Shown piece by piece: positions 1 through 12,400 of a DNA stretch of 64,000 bases. The first letter of the stretch is position 1. Each line of letters begins with the position of its first letter. This DNA is from Lingula anatina (taxonomy: Eukaryota; Animalia; Brachiopoda): positions 11,656,001 through 11,720,000 of the forward strand of contig CM120646.1 of assembly GCA_051362555.1 (NCBI GenBank), written 5' to 3'. Position numbers and translations under genes: made by a program. The notes under the pieces are model-generated. The model did no database searches. It was given only the letters and a program-made list of their open reading frames with translations, and was not told the origin of the DNA.

Positions 1-185
1 GTAGTACAAGGTACAAAAATTTATACACATTTTAAAATATATATATAATGTAATACATAAAAGAAAGTGAAATGAAAAATTGTTCAAATCTGTTCTAAAG
101 TGTGGGACACGCACACGTAAGAGATGATAATTACTCAGTCCAAAGATTCTTTTTTGAAACCTGACCCCAGATTTGTTTGACCTAC

Positions 186-2642
186 CAAACAGAGCACCTA
201 CATCCCTGACCAAAGCGGCAAATGGCGTGGTGTCCAAATGAACCCAAGCTGACTGTGCACACCATTTCTGAGCCAGCGGTAAAGTCCAGGCGGGGTCAAG
301 TCCCAGGAAGTTAAATATCCAGAACTGACCACTGGCGGAAACAAGCAGGAATACCCCAACCAGAACGTGGTGTACCAGGCTCATGTCGTGTGTTGAGATT
401 CTGCTGAAGATGACTGCTACCATAATACCTAGAATAAATGCCCTCTCTTTTATAATTTTGTAATTAACCTGATACTCTATAAGGGAGAACTAACATGGTC
501 TACATTGATCATTTTGAAATGTCAGTTTGTTACATCTGAACATCAGTGGTACCTGACTGAATTAGCTCTAAATCAGTCCACTACATACAAACTGAACACT
601 GTTTAGCTGTAATAATATATAATTGTTTAAAATCTAAACAGCATGCAGTACATGAAATAGATATGAAAATATAATCTTACCTACAGCGGTTCCAAAAATT
701 ACTTGATGGGGGAAATGTGTGGCGATGAAACATCTAGACACATTCACAGTGAAAAGAAACGCAGCAAAAAAACTCCAACCTATCATCTTCCACAGTCTGA
801 AGTAATATTGAAAAACATACGTCATCCTCTTTAACACTTCATTTTAAGATAACAATCTATTCTAATCAAATTTCTGAATATCTCACTGATTCAGTATGTC
901 ATGCAAAAAGAAAAAAAATCACATCAATAACACAATACCCATCTGCCATTCAAACCCATCCTCAAGGCTATTATACCTACCTTGAATGTGCTCCCTGTCC
1001 CAGTTTATAATGTATCAGTGAAGAGATGATAATATACCATACACTGGCAGTGACCATGGCATGGCCTGATGGACTGCCTGAAACACAAAATACAATCACA
1101 TTATTATCTATCCTTTAAGTTGCTGACGATGTACTGCAAAATAATTTCTATAAAAATAACTAGTAATTGGTTTTGTAAAACAAATAAGCTGTTTAAATTC
1201 CTACGTTTTATATCCAAATATTTGCTAACAGTAGTTGTTCAAGGTTCTATGGATGTACATGGTTAGGGTGGGGGGGATGAATATCAACAATTTTGTACAA
1301 CAAAATTAGACAAAGCCAATTACAAAATATGTTTGAAATTCAATTTAAGGCATTTGTCTTATTTAACCATAACAACTGATAGCAGAATTAGTTATTTTAA
1401 AGGGTTAACACAATAATCCAAAAGAGAAAAGAATAGTATCTCTAATAAAACTTTTTTGCTACATTAAAAGTAAAAGACACATTGACAAAAGTTTATTAAT
1501 AAGAAACAACAATATAAAATGCTGGGGCAAAGCTTATGTTAAGTTTTCGCCCCAACAAAAAATAATTGCCTTTTTTTTTTACCAAATCCTGGTAAAATAT
1601 TACATCATGTTAATATTACCTGGTCCTGTTTCACAGGTTAATCTGAACTGGTCTAGGTGTGGGGGTGATATACCATACAGGTCTGTTATCTTGACCCACC
1701 AGTAAGGCCTGTGTCCATATAAAATCCTGAGTAAATGAATAAATATATTTAAAATACATGTGTGCGCATGCATGTGTATGTGCACACATACAGTATGTAC
1801 ATATTGTGTATAAACTCAACGATTCATGAAGAGGGATAATGAGTTACAAAGAAGTGTTATTAAATGCATACATATCACAGCCCATTTTTTACCCTCTCAT
1901 TCAGTTTAACAGTAATGGAGTAGTACACATGTAACAGTGATTTTGTGTAAAGAACATTGGAAGAATCAACCTGCATGATGCCATATTAAAACCTAAGATC
2001 CTTCCCCAACCCTTATGAATGTTTACAAAAGTAGGGCAACATTCTACATCTTCTATAAATAATAAATGGACAGTATGAAACAGAAAACTAGATATTTTTA
2101 AAACATACCATTTAAGCACAGCATTCAACCATTCTGATATTGCAGCAACCCAGATCACACGCTTTCCCACACTGTTGTGGAGACAGTAGAGCAGTGGAAA
2201 GTAAAACAAAAAAGCAGCCCTCGGGTCTCCAAGATGAGAGAGAAACAACATCAATTCACTCTGACCCTTAAAAATAGGAAGAAAATATGTCATATTAGAA
2301 ATGAGTGAAGCCTATACTGATATATGATGTGGCAAAGGGTAAGCAATATTAACCACTGGATCAATTTTTTTTTTGTGTGTGTGTGTGTGTGTGTGTGTTG
2401 GGGGGGGCTCTAAGTATTGATCTGTAATATATCTCCAGTATGCTTCTACTTCCATCTGTATGGTTATGGCTTGGTACGGGTTGGTACGACAGAAAAATAT
2501 TTCAGAGACCATTGATTAACACTCTGGAGATGGCTGTTGATATACATGTAGTTATCAAATGTGCTAAATGGTTTAACCCAACCTTGAACTGCCTCTGAAT
2601 GGTTTCTATGAAAGCCACTCCTGATAGATGCAGGACGTCCAT
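186..2642 (-). CDS. G6PC: Glucose-6-phosphatase catalytic subunit-like (PAP2 family), multi-exon, 3' end lies beyond the window start
   Basis: Exons (minus) 2642-2583 ([20 protein letters not shown]), 2266-2109 (..[20 protein letters not shown]), 1726-1620 ([18 protein letters not shown]), 1077-981 (SPSGHAM..), 796-681 ([13 protein letters not shown]), 428-186 ([18 protein letters not shown]). All have GT/AG boundaries and consistent phases. The three phosphatase motifs (K-x6-RP, PSGH, SR-x5-H) are present. Confidence 0.93.
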
Positions 2643-3006
2643 AAATGGCCCCATATCCTGGTTCTGTGAGCACACACAAACTGAGCAATTATGTTAATAT
2701 TTCTGAAAATAAACATATATATATAGAGAGAGAGAGATAGATAGATAGATAGATATGTTGATGCACTGTATTACTATTAGCATATGTAATGTCATGTAGT
2801 TTCAAGTTACGTACTCAGTTTTCGGCTAAATTAATTACCTTAACGTACGAAGAAATCGATCACCTTTTCAAACTGATGGCAATCTATTTACTTTCATAAA
2901 CAATGATTCTGAATAATACATTACTTAATCACTTTTCATGAGAATATACATATAATACTCGACTACATTCGATTTCGATTTTGCTTACTCGAAACTCGAA
3001 AATTCC

Positions 3007-3042
<36 letters not shown>

Positions 3043-3045
3043 TAC

Positions 3046-3464
3046 CGTGGTCAGTCTTCGCGACGAGTGTTTTTGATGTGTTTTACATTTGACCAATCCT
3101 AGAGCAGGATGAAAATACAGGACTTCCTCTTATTTTAAAGACATAGCAAGCGGTAATATATGTAGGTGCGACGTGGACGTCTGCTACCGCACCAGATGAT
3201 AAACATTAGCTACGGGGTAAATCATGCGAACACATGTTGCACAAAATTGCATTTTGTAGCCAACAAAAAATAGTAGATGACCCTTTATGAATTAAATAAT
3301 AAATGAAACTTATCTCTATTTTCTATACAAGTTGATATTTAATTAATTAATCAATTTTACCAATTTTACCTAACTTATTTACAACCAATCAGGTGCAGGT
3401 TAAGTTAAAGCCCTAAGCTGTGGCAGTGCAGACGGAAGCGAGAAAGTGTAGAAAACGTGTTACG
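3046..3464. promoter_or_regulatory. Putative bidirectional promoter between G6PC (probable non-coding first exon with donor at 3045) and GTPBP4
   Basis: Minus-strand donor CACG|GTAAG at 3046/3045 and GTPBP4 ATG at 3465. CCAAT boxes near 3092 and 3386, ETS-like ACTTCC (3122) and CGGAAG (3433), CpG-richer than the flanks. Confidence 0.5.
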
Positions 3465-6400
3465 ATGTCTCACTACAATTTTAAGAAGATTACTGTCGTT
3501 CCGACGTCAAAGGTGGGTAAAAATAACAAAAAAAGCACTTAAAAAGGTTTCAGTTATCACAGTACTGGTGATTGTTATATAACGCTCAATCATCTTCAAA
3601 CACTGAATTTGCGTGTGAAATAATTCCATACTGACAGCATGATATTTACAAACCACGTGGATTTAAATCACTCATTTATCTGTTTTGTATCAGATTAATC
3701 ACGAAGTCTTGTTATCAAAACACAGAGTATTGTGTGATCATTTCCACTGTTATGTCGCGTAAATGTATACCCCAGTGTAAAAATGCTCAATCTGAAATGA
3801 CTGCATTTCGTTTTATATAAATAAAATGTATTGAATGAGCATTTGATGGTCATAATAATAACCCAGCACTTTGTTTTTCTTTTCTTCAGGACTTTATAGA
3901 CATAGTTTTGTCCAAGACCCAGAGGAAGACTCCGACAGTCATCCATAAACAGTATGCCATCTCCAGGATACGACATTTTTACATGCGTAAAGTGAAGTTT
4001 ACACAGCAGAACTACCATGACAAGCTTACACAGATCATCACAGACTTCCCCAAATTGGAGGTGAGTGGGGTTATGTTTAAGTCAGGGATGAGATTTTCGT
4101 AACTGTCGGCAGAATTCTGACTTTTCTGGTGGTGTTGGTGCTTACAACTTGAATGAGATTGTTCCCATTATCAGCAGTTTTACGACTTTACTGCGAACCA
4201 AAAAGTCTCGTCCATGTTCGGTAGCATAAGTTCACAACTAAATAGTAAGAACCAGAAGGGAACCTATATTGTAAAATACCCTTTGAAGCAGTTAATTACC
4301 GCATAAACTGTTTAAGTGGGCAGTGAAAGATAGTACAATTAAAGATTCAGTCTGTGTTTTCTAAATTAGTATCATAAGATTTTTTTTATTAAGTGCTTAA
4401 GAATTGTAACAGTTGTTGCATTTCTGTTATCATGTATTAATACAAGTACGAAACATTCCACTTGCTTTTTTTAGGATATCCATCCTTTCTATGCAGACCT
4501 CCTAAATGTGCTGTATGATAAAGATCATTACAAGCTGGCACTGGGTCAGATCAACACTGCCAGGCATCTCATAGACAAGTATGGAATGATTTCACTGTTG
4601 TACAGCATTTAACCTAGCAAATCCTCTACGAGTTTATTTTCCTTGAATGTAAACCATGATCACACACTGCTACATGCACCAAGCATTTATCAGTCTTGTT
4701 TGTATACTGTATCGTCTTCTCATCTCAACCAAAACAAATTGCTCAGTATGCTGTCTTTTCTTGCTATTTAAAAGGAAAATTAATATTGTTCATAGTTTTA
4801 GGGACATGTTTTTAGTATTATATAATACCTCTAGAGTCAGCTGTAGAAGACTTGTTAGATTTTAAGTGAATGTTTCTAGACTATGCTTTTTAAATTTTTT
4901 TCCAGTGTGGCCAAGGATTACACCAGGCTTCTGAAATATGGTGATTCTTTGTACAGGTGTAAACAGCTGAAGAAGGCAGCACTGGGCAGGTAAGAGATAG
5001 AAACTCCACAGATTAATTTTTAAGTTAAATTTCAATTCTCTTTTTCAAAAATAAGTGTGCAGTCATGTGTAATTATGTTGTTATTATTGCACTGTTTTAT
5101 TAACCAGACTGTTAGGCTGGAATATGCTGGAAAGATTGTATTAAATAACTGAGGAAATCTGAGAATATTGGGTGTTAATAGAAATAAACGTTTAGAACAA
5201 AAGTAAATATTTCCATGCAAAGTTGAAATGACACAGGCTTTAAAACTTCTGTGTGTTTGTTTCCTCTCACCAAGAAACTTTTGATACATTATAGAAGATA
5301 AGTATAGTTAAATGATTAATAAGAAATACTTATAGATGTAATAATATTTTTATTTTTATGTCAGGATGTGCACAGTGATGAAGAGGCAAGGCCAGAGTTT
5401 GGCTTATCTTGAGCAAGTCAGACAGCATCTGTCAAGGCTGCCATCTATAGACCCCAACACAAGAACTCTACTCATATGTGGCTTTCCAAATGTGGGGAAG
5501 TCCAGTTTTATAAACAAGATCACAAGAGCAGATGTAGAAGTCCAGCCCTATGCCTTTACAACCAAGTCCCTGTTTGTTGGCCACATGGATTACAAGTACC
5601 TGAGGTGGCAGGTAGGTATTTAACAATGATGAGACTTTTCTGCCTTCTGTCGTAATTCTGACTTTTTCAGGGTCTTTTGCACGCTCGGCTGTCACCTTGA
5701 TTGGATAGTAAACGATTGTCGTAAAATCGCTAAAAGATATTAAAATCGGGTACATAAACTTAAAGGTATAATAACTCTTCGTTTTGGCCAAAAAATGAAT
5801 TTTCCTGGAGTAAACAACAATTTTCCCATACTTACCAATGGTTAATGAATCCATTTTTACATTCAAAGTTAGTCCCTGGTTTTTTTCTAAAAAGTTTGTT
5901 TTTTTGTTAAAATCTCTTAAGAGATTATAACAGAGTACAGCCATCAATGGAGGTCACGTGATCTGAAGACAAGTTCAGATATCAGAATAATAGCTATAAC
6001 TGCCGTTTTTGTGGTAAAACAGAATATATTATATTTCTATGAGTTGTTCACAATGTTTTTATTGTGAAATATAGATTTTGTACGAAGAGTTATTATCCCT
6101 TTAAAAACCACCTAGGACAACCTAAGACTGCCACATTAATCCAATACAATGCAAAAATTAACTATAACAAGTGGTTAAAGCCTTCAAAACGAATGTCGTA
6201 AAGTCCCCATATACCTCCATAGAGACAATAAAATAGAGTAAGCTTGTGAAACAAACCTGACCCAGTTCCAACAGAATAATCGAAATAAAATACTGCCGGG
6301 CATCGGAGCGGCCTAAAACTTGGCACGCTTACCGCTAATACTGCAGGCTACATCATCCCGTCGCTCGTTTGTAAATTCCGTGCATGGCATACGCTGTAAA

Positions 6401-9400
6401 TCAAAATTCCACCTCTGATGTTTATCTCGGTCCTCTTAACAATCCAATTGAGGAAATGACGTAACCGCAGAGGTCGCATTGTCCAATGGCATGGCTTCTT
6501 TTTCTGCGGTTACGTCATTTCCTCAATTGGATTGTTAAGAGGACCGAGATAAACATCAGAGGTGGAATTTTGATTTACAGCTTATGCCATGCACGGAATT
6601 TACAAACGAGCGACGGGATGATGTAGCCTGCAGTATTAGCGGTAAGCGTGCCAAGTTTTAGGCCGCTCCGATGCCCGGCAGTATTTTATTTCGATTATTC
6701 TGTTGGAACTGGGTCAGGTTTGTTTCACAAGCTTACTCTATTTTATTGTCTCTATGGAGGTATATGGGGACTTTACGACATTCGTTTTGAAGGCTTTAAC
6801 CACTTGTTATAGTTAATTTTTGCATTGTATTGGATTAATGTGGCAGTCTTAGGTTGTCCTAGGTGGTTTTTAAGTTTATGTACCCGATTTTAATATCATT
6901 TAGCGATTTTACGACAATCGTTTACTATCCAATCAAGGTGACAGCCGAGCGTGGTCTTTTGGGTCATTCTTGTGAATCATGTACCCTGGACCCCCCGACA
7001 ATTTTCTAACTTTTTCAGTGAGGACAAGTCTCATCCCTGATTTAATTAAATTGCCAGTATACTTATATTTTAGACCAGGGGTAGGGTAAATTGAACTCTC
7101 CATATGACCATATTGCATTAAACAGTGGGGTCTCTGCTACTTGGTCATTTATGCCAAAGTTACTGTGCATATGTCGGAAGAAACTTGTAAAATGTTACGC
7201 TTAGCCATTAAATGCACTGATATTTGAATAGCATTTTCCACAAGTTATCGTGTTACTTGATTATTAATTTGTTTATCTCCTTTTATCGGTTTTCCCATGG
7301 CTAGAATAGTTCTCAGAATTTTTTTTTTAAGATTAATGATTATATTATTAAACCAAATAGAAGGGGCCTTGGTATATTTTCTGTCACACAAATTGTTTTT
7401 TCATATTATACATACCACCATCCAGATTAAGTGATTAAATCATTTAAATTGAGCATGTATTAACATTAAAAGGGGGTTGTGTTCCAGGTGGTAGATACCC
7501 CAGGGATTTTAGACCACCCCCTGGAGGAGAGGAACACTATTGAGATGCAGGCCATCACAGCCCTGGCTCACCTCAGGGCAGCCGTGCTCTACATCATGGA
7601 TGTATCTGAACAGTGCGGACACACAGTAGAACAACAGGTTTGTAATGGGTTAATTTATTGATTGGCCAGTCTTCATTTTTGTCTTTCTGTCCAAATCACA
7701 TTCCCTGTTTTGGTAGTTTTGAATTGAAATGAACTTCATTTAGTTTAGCAGTCTCAGCATATAGATAAATTGACATTTAGGGATATGTATTACACTAATC
7801 CAAAGCCCAAATTACAAAGTACCCTTTTCAATCCCTGCAACTTAGCATTATTTTCTCTTGTTTTAGATTGAACTGTTCAACACCATCAAGCCGCTCTTTG
7901 CCAATAAACCTCTGGTTGTCTGTGTCAACAAGATCGATGTGCTCAAATTATCCGAGCTGGATGAAGATAGAAAGGTAATTTCATGGGTGAAACCCAGGAC
8001 CCTGCTGTGCAAAAACAGTCCTTAGTATCTTGTCTTAGTCAAGATTGCTAATCAGATAGCTGGTTATGTAAAACCAACTAGTATGCAGTACTGGTCTAAG
8101 AGCAGTTTACAAATTAAACATCTTAAAAGTTGAATGGACTTCTGTCTACTCTGGGAGTAACATTTATCCAGGGCTTGGTTCTTCATTAAGAAGTGATATT
8201 TTTGTGTTATTGTACCACCAGCGTTAGCGCTGGCGGTACACATGGTTTCGGTCCCGTCCGGATCGTTCCGCCGGCTCCGCCGGACGGCTACCGTTACCGC
8301 TTCTCCTCCTAGACGGTAAGGGCCCCCGTACCCATCTCATGGATTTAGGTCACCTATAATCTCAACTCGTTCCACGTAAAATTTGGGCTTTGTCGGTATT
8401 GGGGTCTGGGTGTGGCACTCATTGCAATGCACCCTTGTCTAAAAATGGCAAAATTAAATGCTAATTATCTACCCTACGGAAGGAGTTATGGGAAAAATTT
8501 CTATAGACGGCTTTCCAAAAGTCATATGTGTAGATTTCAAATATACCCTTGGATTTGACCTTTGACCTTTACTTCAAGGTCAAATGGGCCAAAATTTTCA
8601 AAAAAATTAAATTTTTTACGAAAAAAATTTTTTTTGCCCTGTTATTCAGACACCACACAGACTTAACCAATAATATTATTGGAAGGTGTTACCCTTCAGG
8701 TCATCTTTCATCTCCATGAATTTGGGGTCAATCGGTGCATTTTCACGGGAGTATCGGCCATAAGATACCGAAACTGAAAACTGTCTCTAATTCGGGAACC
8801 GTTAATGCTAGAGACCCATTCTTTTTTGCATTTTGTAGAGCATGTAAAGCCCAACACTGGAGGTGGTCTCGGTTTTTTTGTATTCCATACGGTTTTCGAG
8901 TTACGCTGTATCAAAAAGTACATATTGGTGGTAAAAGCAAAATGTGCAGTACGGTAATGGATAATAAATTTTGAACTCTGGAAAAATAAAACATAAGGCT
9001 TGGCAAAGCAGACAACTTGTGTTCAAAAATGACATTATTTCATCAAATTTGAACTTCTGAAACTTCAGAGCACCTCCTATTTCAAGAATTTTGACCAAAA
9101 TGACATTTTCTTTATTTTAATTAATTTTTTCTGTACGAAATTTAAGGCACATTATGGTAACTCCAAAATTATAACATTTAGTCCCTTATATCTCCAAAAC
9201 TGGCAGAGATAGGTCCATAGTTACTATTGAAGTTGAATAGGAAGTCAGATACTGGCAATCTTACTATGACCTTGAAAGTGACCTTTGACCTACTTTTCAC
9301 CATGAACTGAACTTTGCAAATTTTTCTTCCCTTTTATCTCCAAAACTGGCAGAGATAGGTCCATAGTTACTATTGAAGTTGAATAGGAAGTCATATACTG

Positions 9401-12400
9401 GCAATCTTACTATGACCTTGAAAGTGACCTTTGACCTACTTTTCACCATGAACTGAACTTTGCAAATTTTTCTTCCCTTTTATCTCCAAAACTGGCAGAG
9501 ATAGGTCCATAGTTACTATTGAACTTGAATAGGAAGTCATATACTGGCAATCTAAATGTGACCTTAAAATTGACCTTTGACCTACTTTTCACCATAAACT
9601 GAACTTCGCAAAATTTGCTTCCCTTTTATCTCCAAAACTGGCAGAGATAGGTCCATAGTTAATATTGAACTTGAATAGGAAGTCATATACTGGCAATCTA
9701 AATGTGACCTTAAAATTGACCTTTGACCTACTTTACACCATAAACTGAATTTTGCAAATTTTGCTTTCCTTTTATCTCCAAAACTGGCTGAGATAGGTCC
9801 GTAGTTACTATTGAACTTGAATAGGAAGTCATATACTGGCAATCTAAATGTGACCTCAAAATTGACCTTTGACCTACTTTTCACCATAAACTGAACTTTG
9901 CAAATTTTGCTTCCTTTTATCTCCAAAACTGGCAGAGATAGGTCCATAGTTACTATTGAACTTGAATAGGAAGTCATATACTGGCAATCTAAATGTGACC
10001 TTGAAATTGACCTTTGACCTACTTTTCACCATGAACTGAATTTTGCAAATTTTGCTTCCCTTTTATCTCCAAAACTGGCTGAGATAGGTCCATAGTTACT
10101 ATTGAACTTGAAAAGGAAGTCATATACTGGCAATCTAAATGTGACCTTAAAATTGACCTTTGACCTACTTTACACCATAAACTGAATTTTGCAAATTTTG
10201 CTTTCCTTTTATCTCCAAAACTGGCTGAGATAGGTCCGTAGCTACTATTGAACTTGAATAGGAAGTCATATACTGGCATTATAAATGTGACATTAAAATT
10301 GACCTTTGTCCTACTTTTCACCATAAACTGAACTTTGCAAATTTTGCTTCCCTTTTATCTCCAAAACTGGCAGAGATAGGTTCATAGTTACTATTGAACT
10401 TGAATAGAAAGTCATATACTGGCAATCTAAATGTGACCTTGAAATTGACCTTTGACCTACTTTTTATCATGAACTGAACTCTGCTAATTTCTTTCTCTTT
10501 TAACTTCAAACTTGACAGAGATAGGTCCATAGTTACTCTTGAACTTGAATAGGAAGTCATATACTGGCAATTAACTGTGACCTTGAAATTGACCCTTGAC
10601 CTACCTTACGAAGAACTTAAATTTGATTGTACCATATATATTTTTTGCAATAGTTTAAAAATTCTTGTTGATTGCATTTTTACAGCTTGTCAAGCACAAA
10701 ACTGGTGGCTATGTCCCTTATTTTGTGTATGTGGGGGTCTATACGAATGCGCTTGCTCCAGCTGGTGGTACAATATTCGGAGGCGGTATCGCCTCTCTGA
10801 TCCTCTAGTTTATGTTACTATAATTAGAAATACCAGAATGAGGCACTTATGATCTGGTTAAACGAGAACAAATGTACACAATCTAGAAACAAAAGTTTTA
10901 TGTGTGATGGGCTCTTGGTCTTTTGTCAGTTCTTTCCTCAGATGAAGGAAGTTTTTAAACCCAACTTCCGGTCAAAACCAGGTATTGTCTTAACAGAGCA
11001 ATGAAATGTGAACTATTTCTGCTGTATGTCAAATTCCATGCACATTCTTTGATATTTTCCAGAAATTATTTGAAGAGTTTGAGGCAGAAGACATCCCAGT
11101 GTATGAGATGAGCACAGTGACAGAGGAGGGGGTCATGAAGGTGAAAACTGAGGTCAGTTCGATATTTAAAAAAAAATTGTGCTTTTTTGGTGTGACTGCC
11201 TCACAGAATGAGAAAATTATTTAAAAGGACTCCTCCTAGATTCCTGCTAGTATGTATAACTTTGGGCCAAGTAAAATAATATTTTTTGTTGCATTTGAAA
11301 ACTTATTTATTTTAAACTTATTTTTGTTTACAGTCTTGTCTGTCAGTTGATTCACATCATGTGTAAAAACTTCAGTAATGATCTTATTAACTTCTTCAGG
11401 CATGTGATCGTCTTCTAGCACAAAGGGTGGAGGTTAAAATGAAGGGGAGGAAGGTGAATGATGTGATTAATAGGTTACATGTGGCAACACCTGTGCAGAG
11501 AGACACCAAGGTGAGTATTGTACGCCATGGTTTCTTTGTGATGTCATCAGCAAATTCTGTGTCATGTCTTTAACAGATGGCGTGTTCTGTAATGTTGTCA
11601 ATTTATGATAGTCCTATTCGTGTGGTCAGCTCACAAGTGTGGTGTTATGTCGTCACATTTCAATTACTTTGTGATGTTATCTACTGATGAATGCAGTGTG
11701 ATGTCATGGACTGTTGAGCACAGGTACCTTCTACTTGACATTGCCACTAGGATGTATATTTCAAGGAAATACAAAGTGCAGTAGCACAAAAGATCATTCT
11801 ATTATTACACCACAGAAGAATCATTATGGAAATCAGGAAAACATTTTATTTTTGATGCATGTTTTATTGATTTTATTATTATAGATAAAGTGAATGTGAT
11901 TACAAATTTTCAATAAATACAAGTATGTACTTTTTTAAAATCGTAACTTGTGTGACGGCTATAAGAGACATTTATTATCCTTGGTAAGCAAGTATGTCCC
12001 TTTCCCTTGCAGGCCAGACCTCCTTGTATCCCTGAGAGTGTTCTTAAGAAGAGACAAGCTATGGAAGTAGAGCAAGAGAAGAAAAAACTGGTAAGACACA
12101 GGTTGAGTCAACTTTCTTATAAAATATAGTAGTCCAATTATTTAGTTGCATTATGTACAAGAGTTTTTTTAGTACTTTCAGTACTCTGCCACTTACACAA
12201 GCATCCCTGAATAAAAAATTACATACATCCAAAGTGTCATGTGTTCTATGCTTAAAATGAACAAATGGAATAATAGCATATCTATAATTAAGAAATTATT
12301 TGCCAAGATTGTTATTCTCCTAATTTTATGGTTAATGGAAGAAAGTTTAGGGCTAGATTGTGAATAAAAAGTATTTTGGTGTAACAAAATCTCAGTACGT

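Larger units (their letters stand above)
5624..7039. mobile_element. Old hAT-like MITE split by a nested foldback element
   Basis: Left end CAATGATGAGAC, right end GTCTCATCCCTG. Same family as 4083-4217. Interrupted at GTCTTTTG. Confidence 0.5.

Noticed and set aside
1-185. Open frame continuing from the G6PC exon to the window edge
   Set aside because: Follows a good GTAGGT donor, is AT-rich and does not resemble the G6PC C-terminus; treated as intron.
9582-10560. Repetitive minus-strand ORFs ([15 protein letters not shown]...)
   Set aside because: Translations of the 146-bp satellite; the unit is not a multiple of 3 and the ORFs shift frame.
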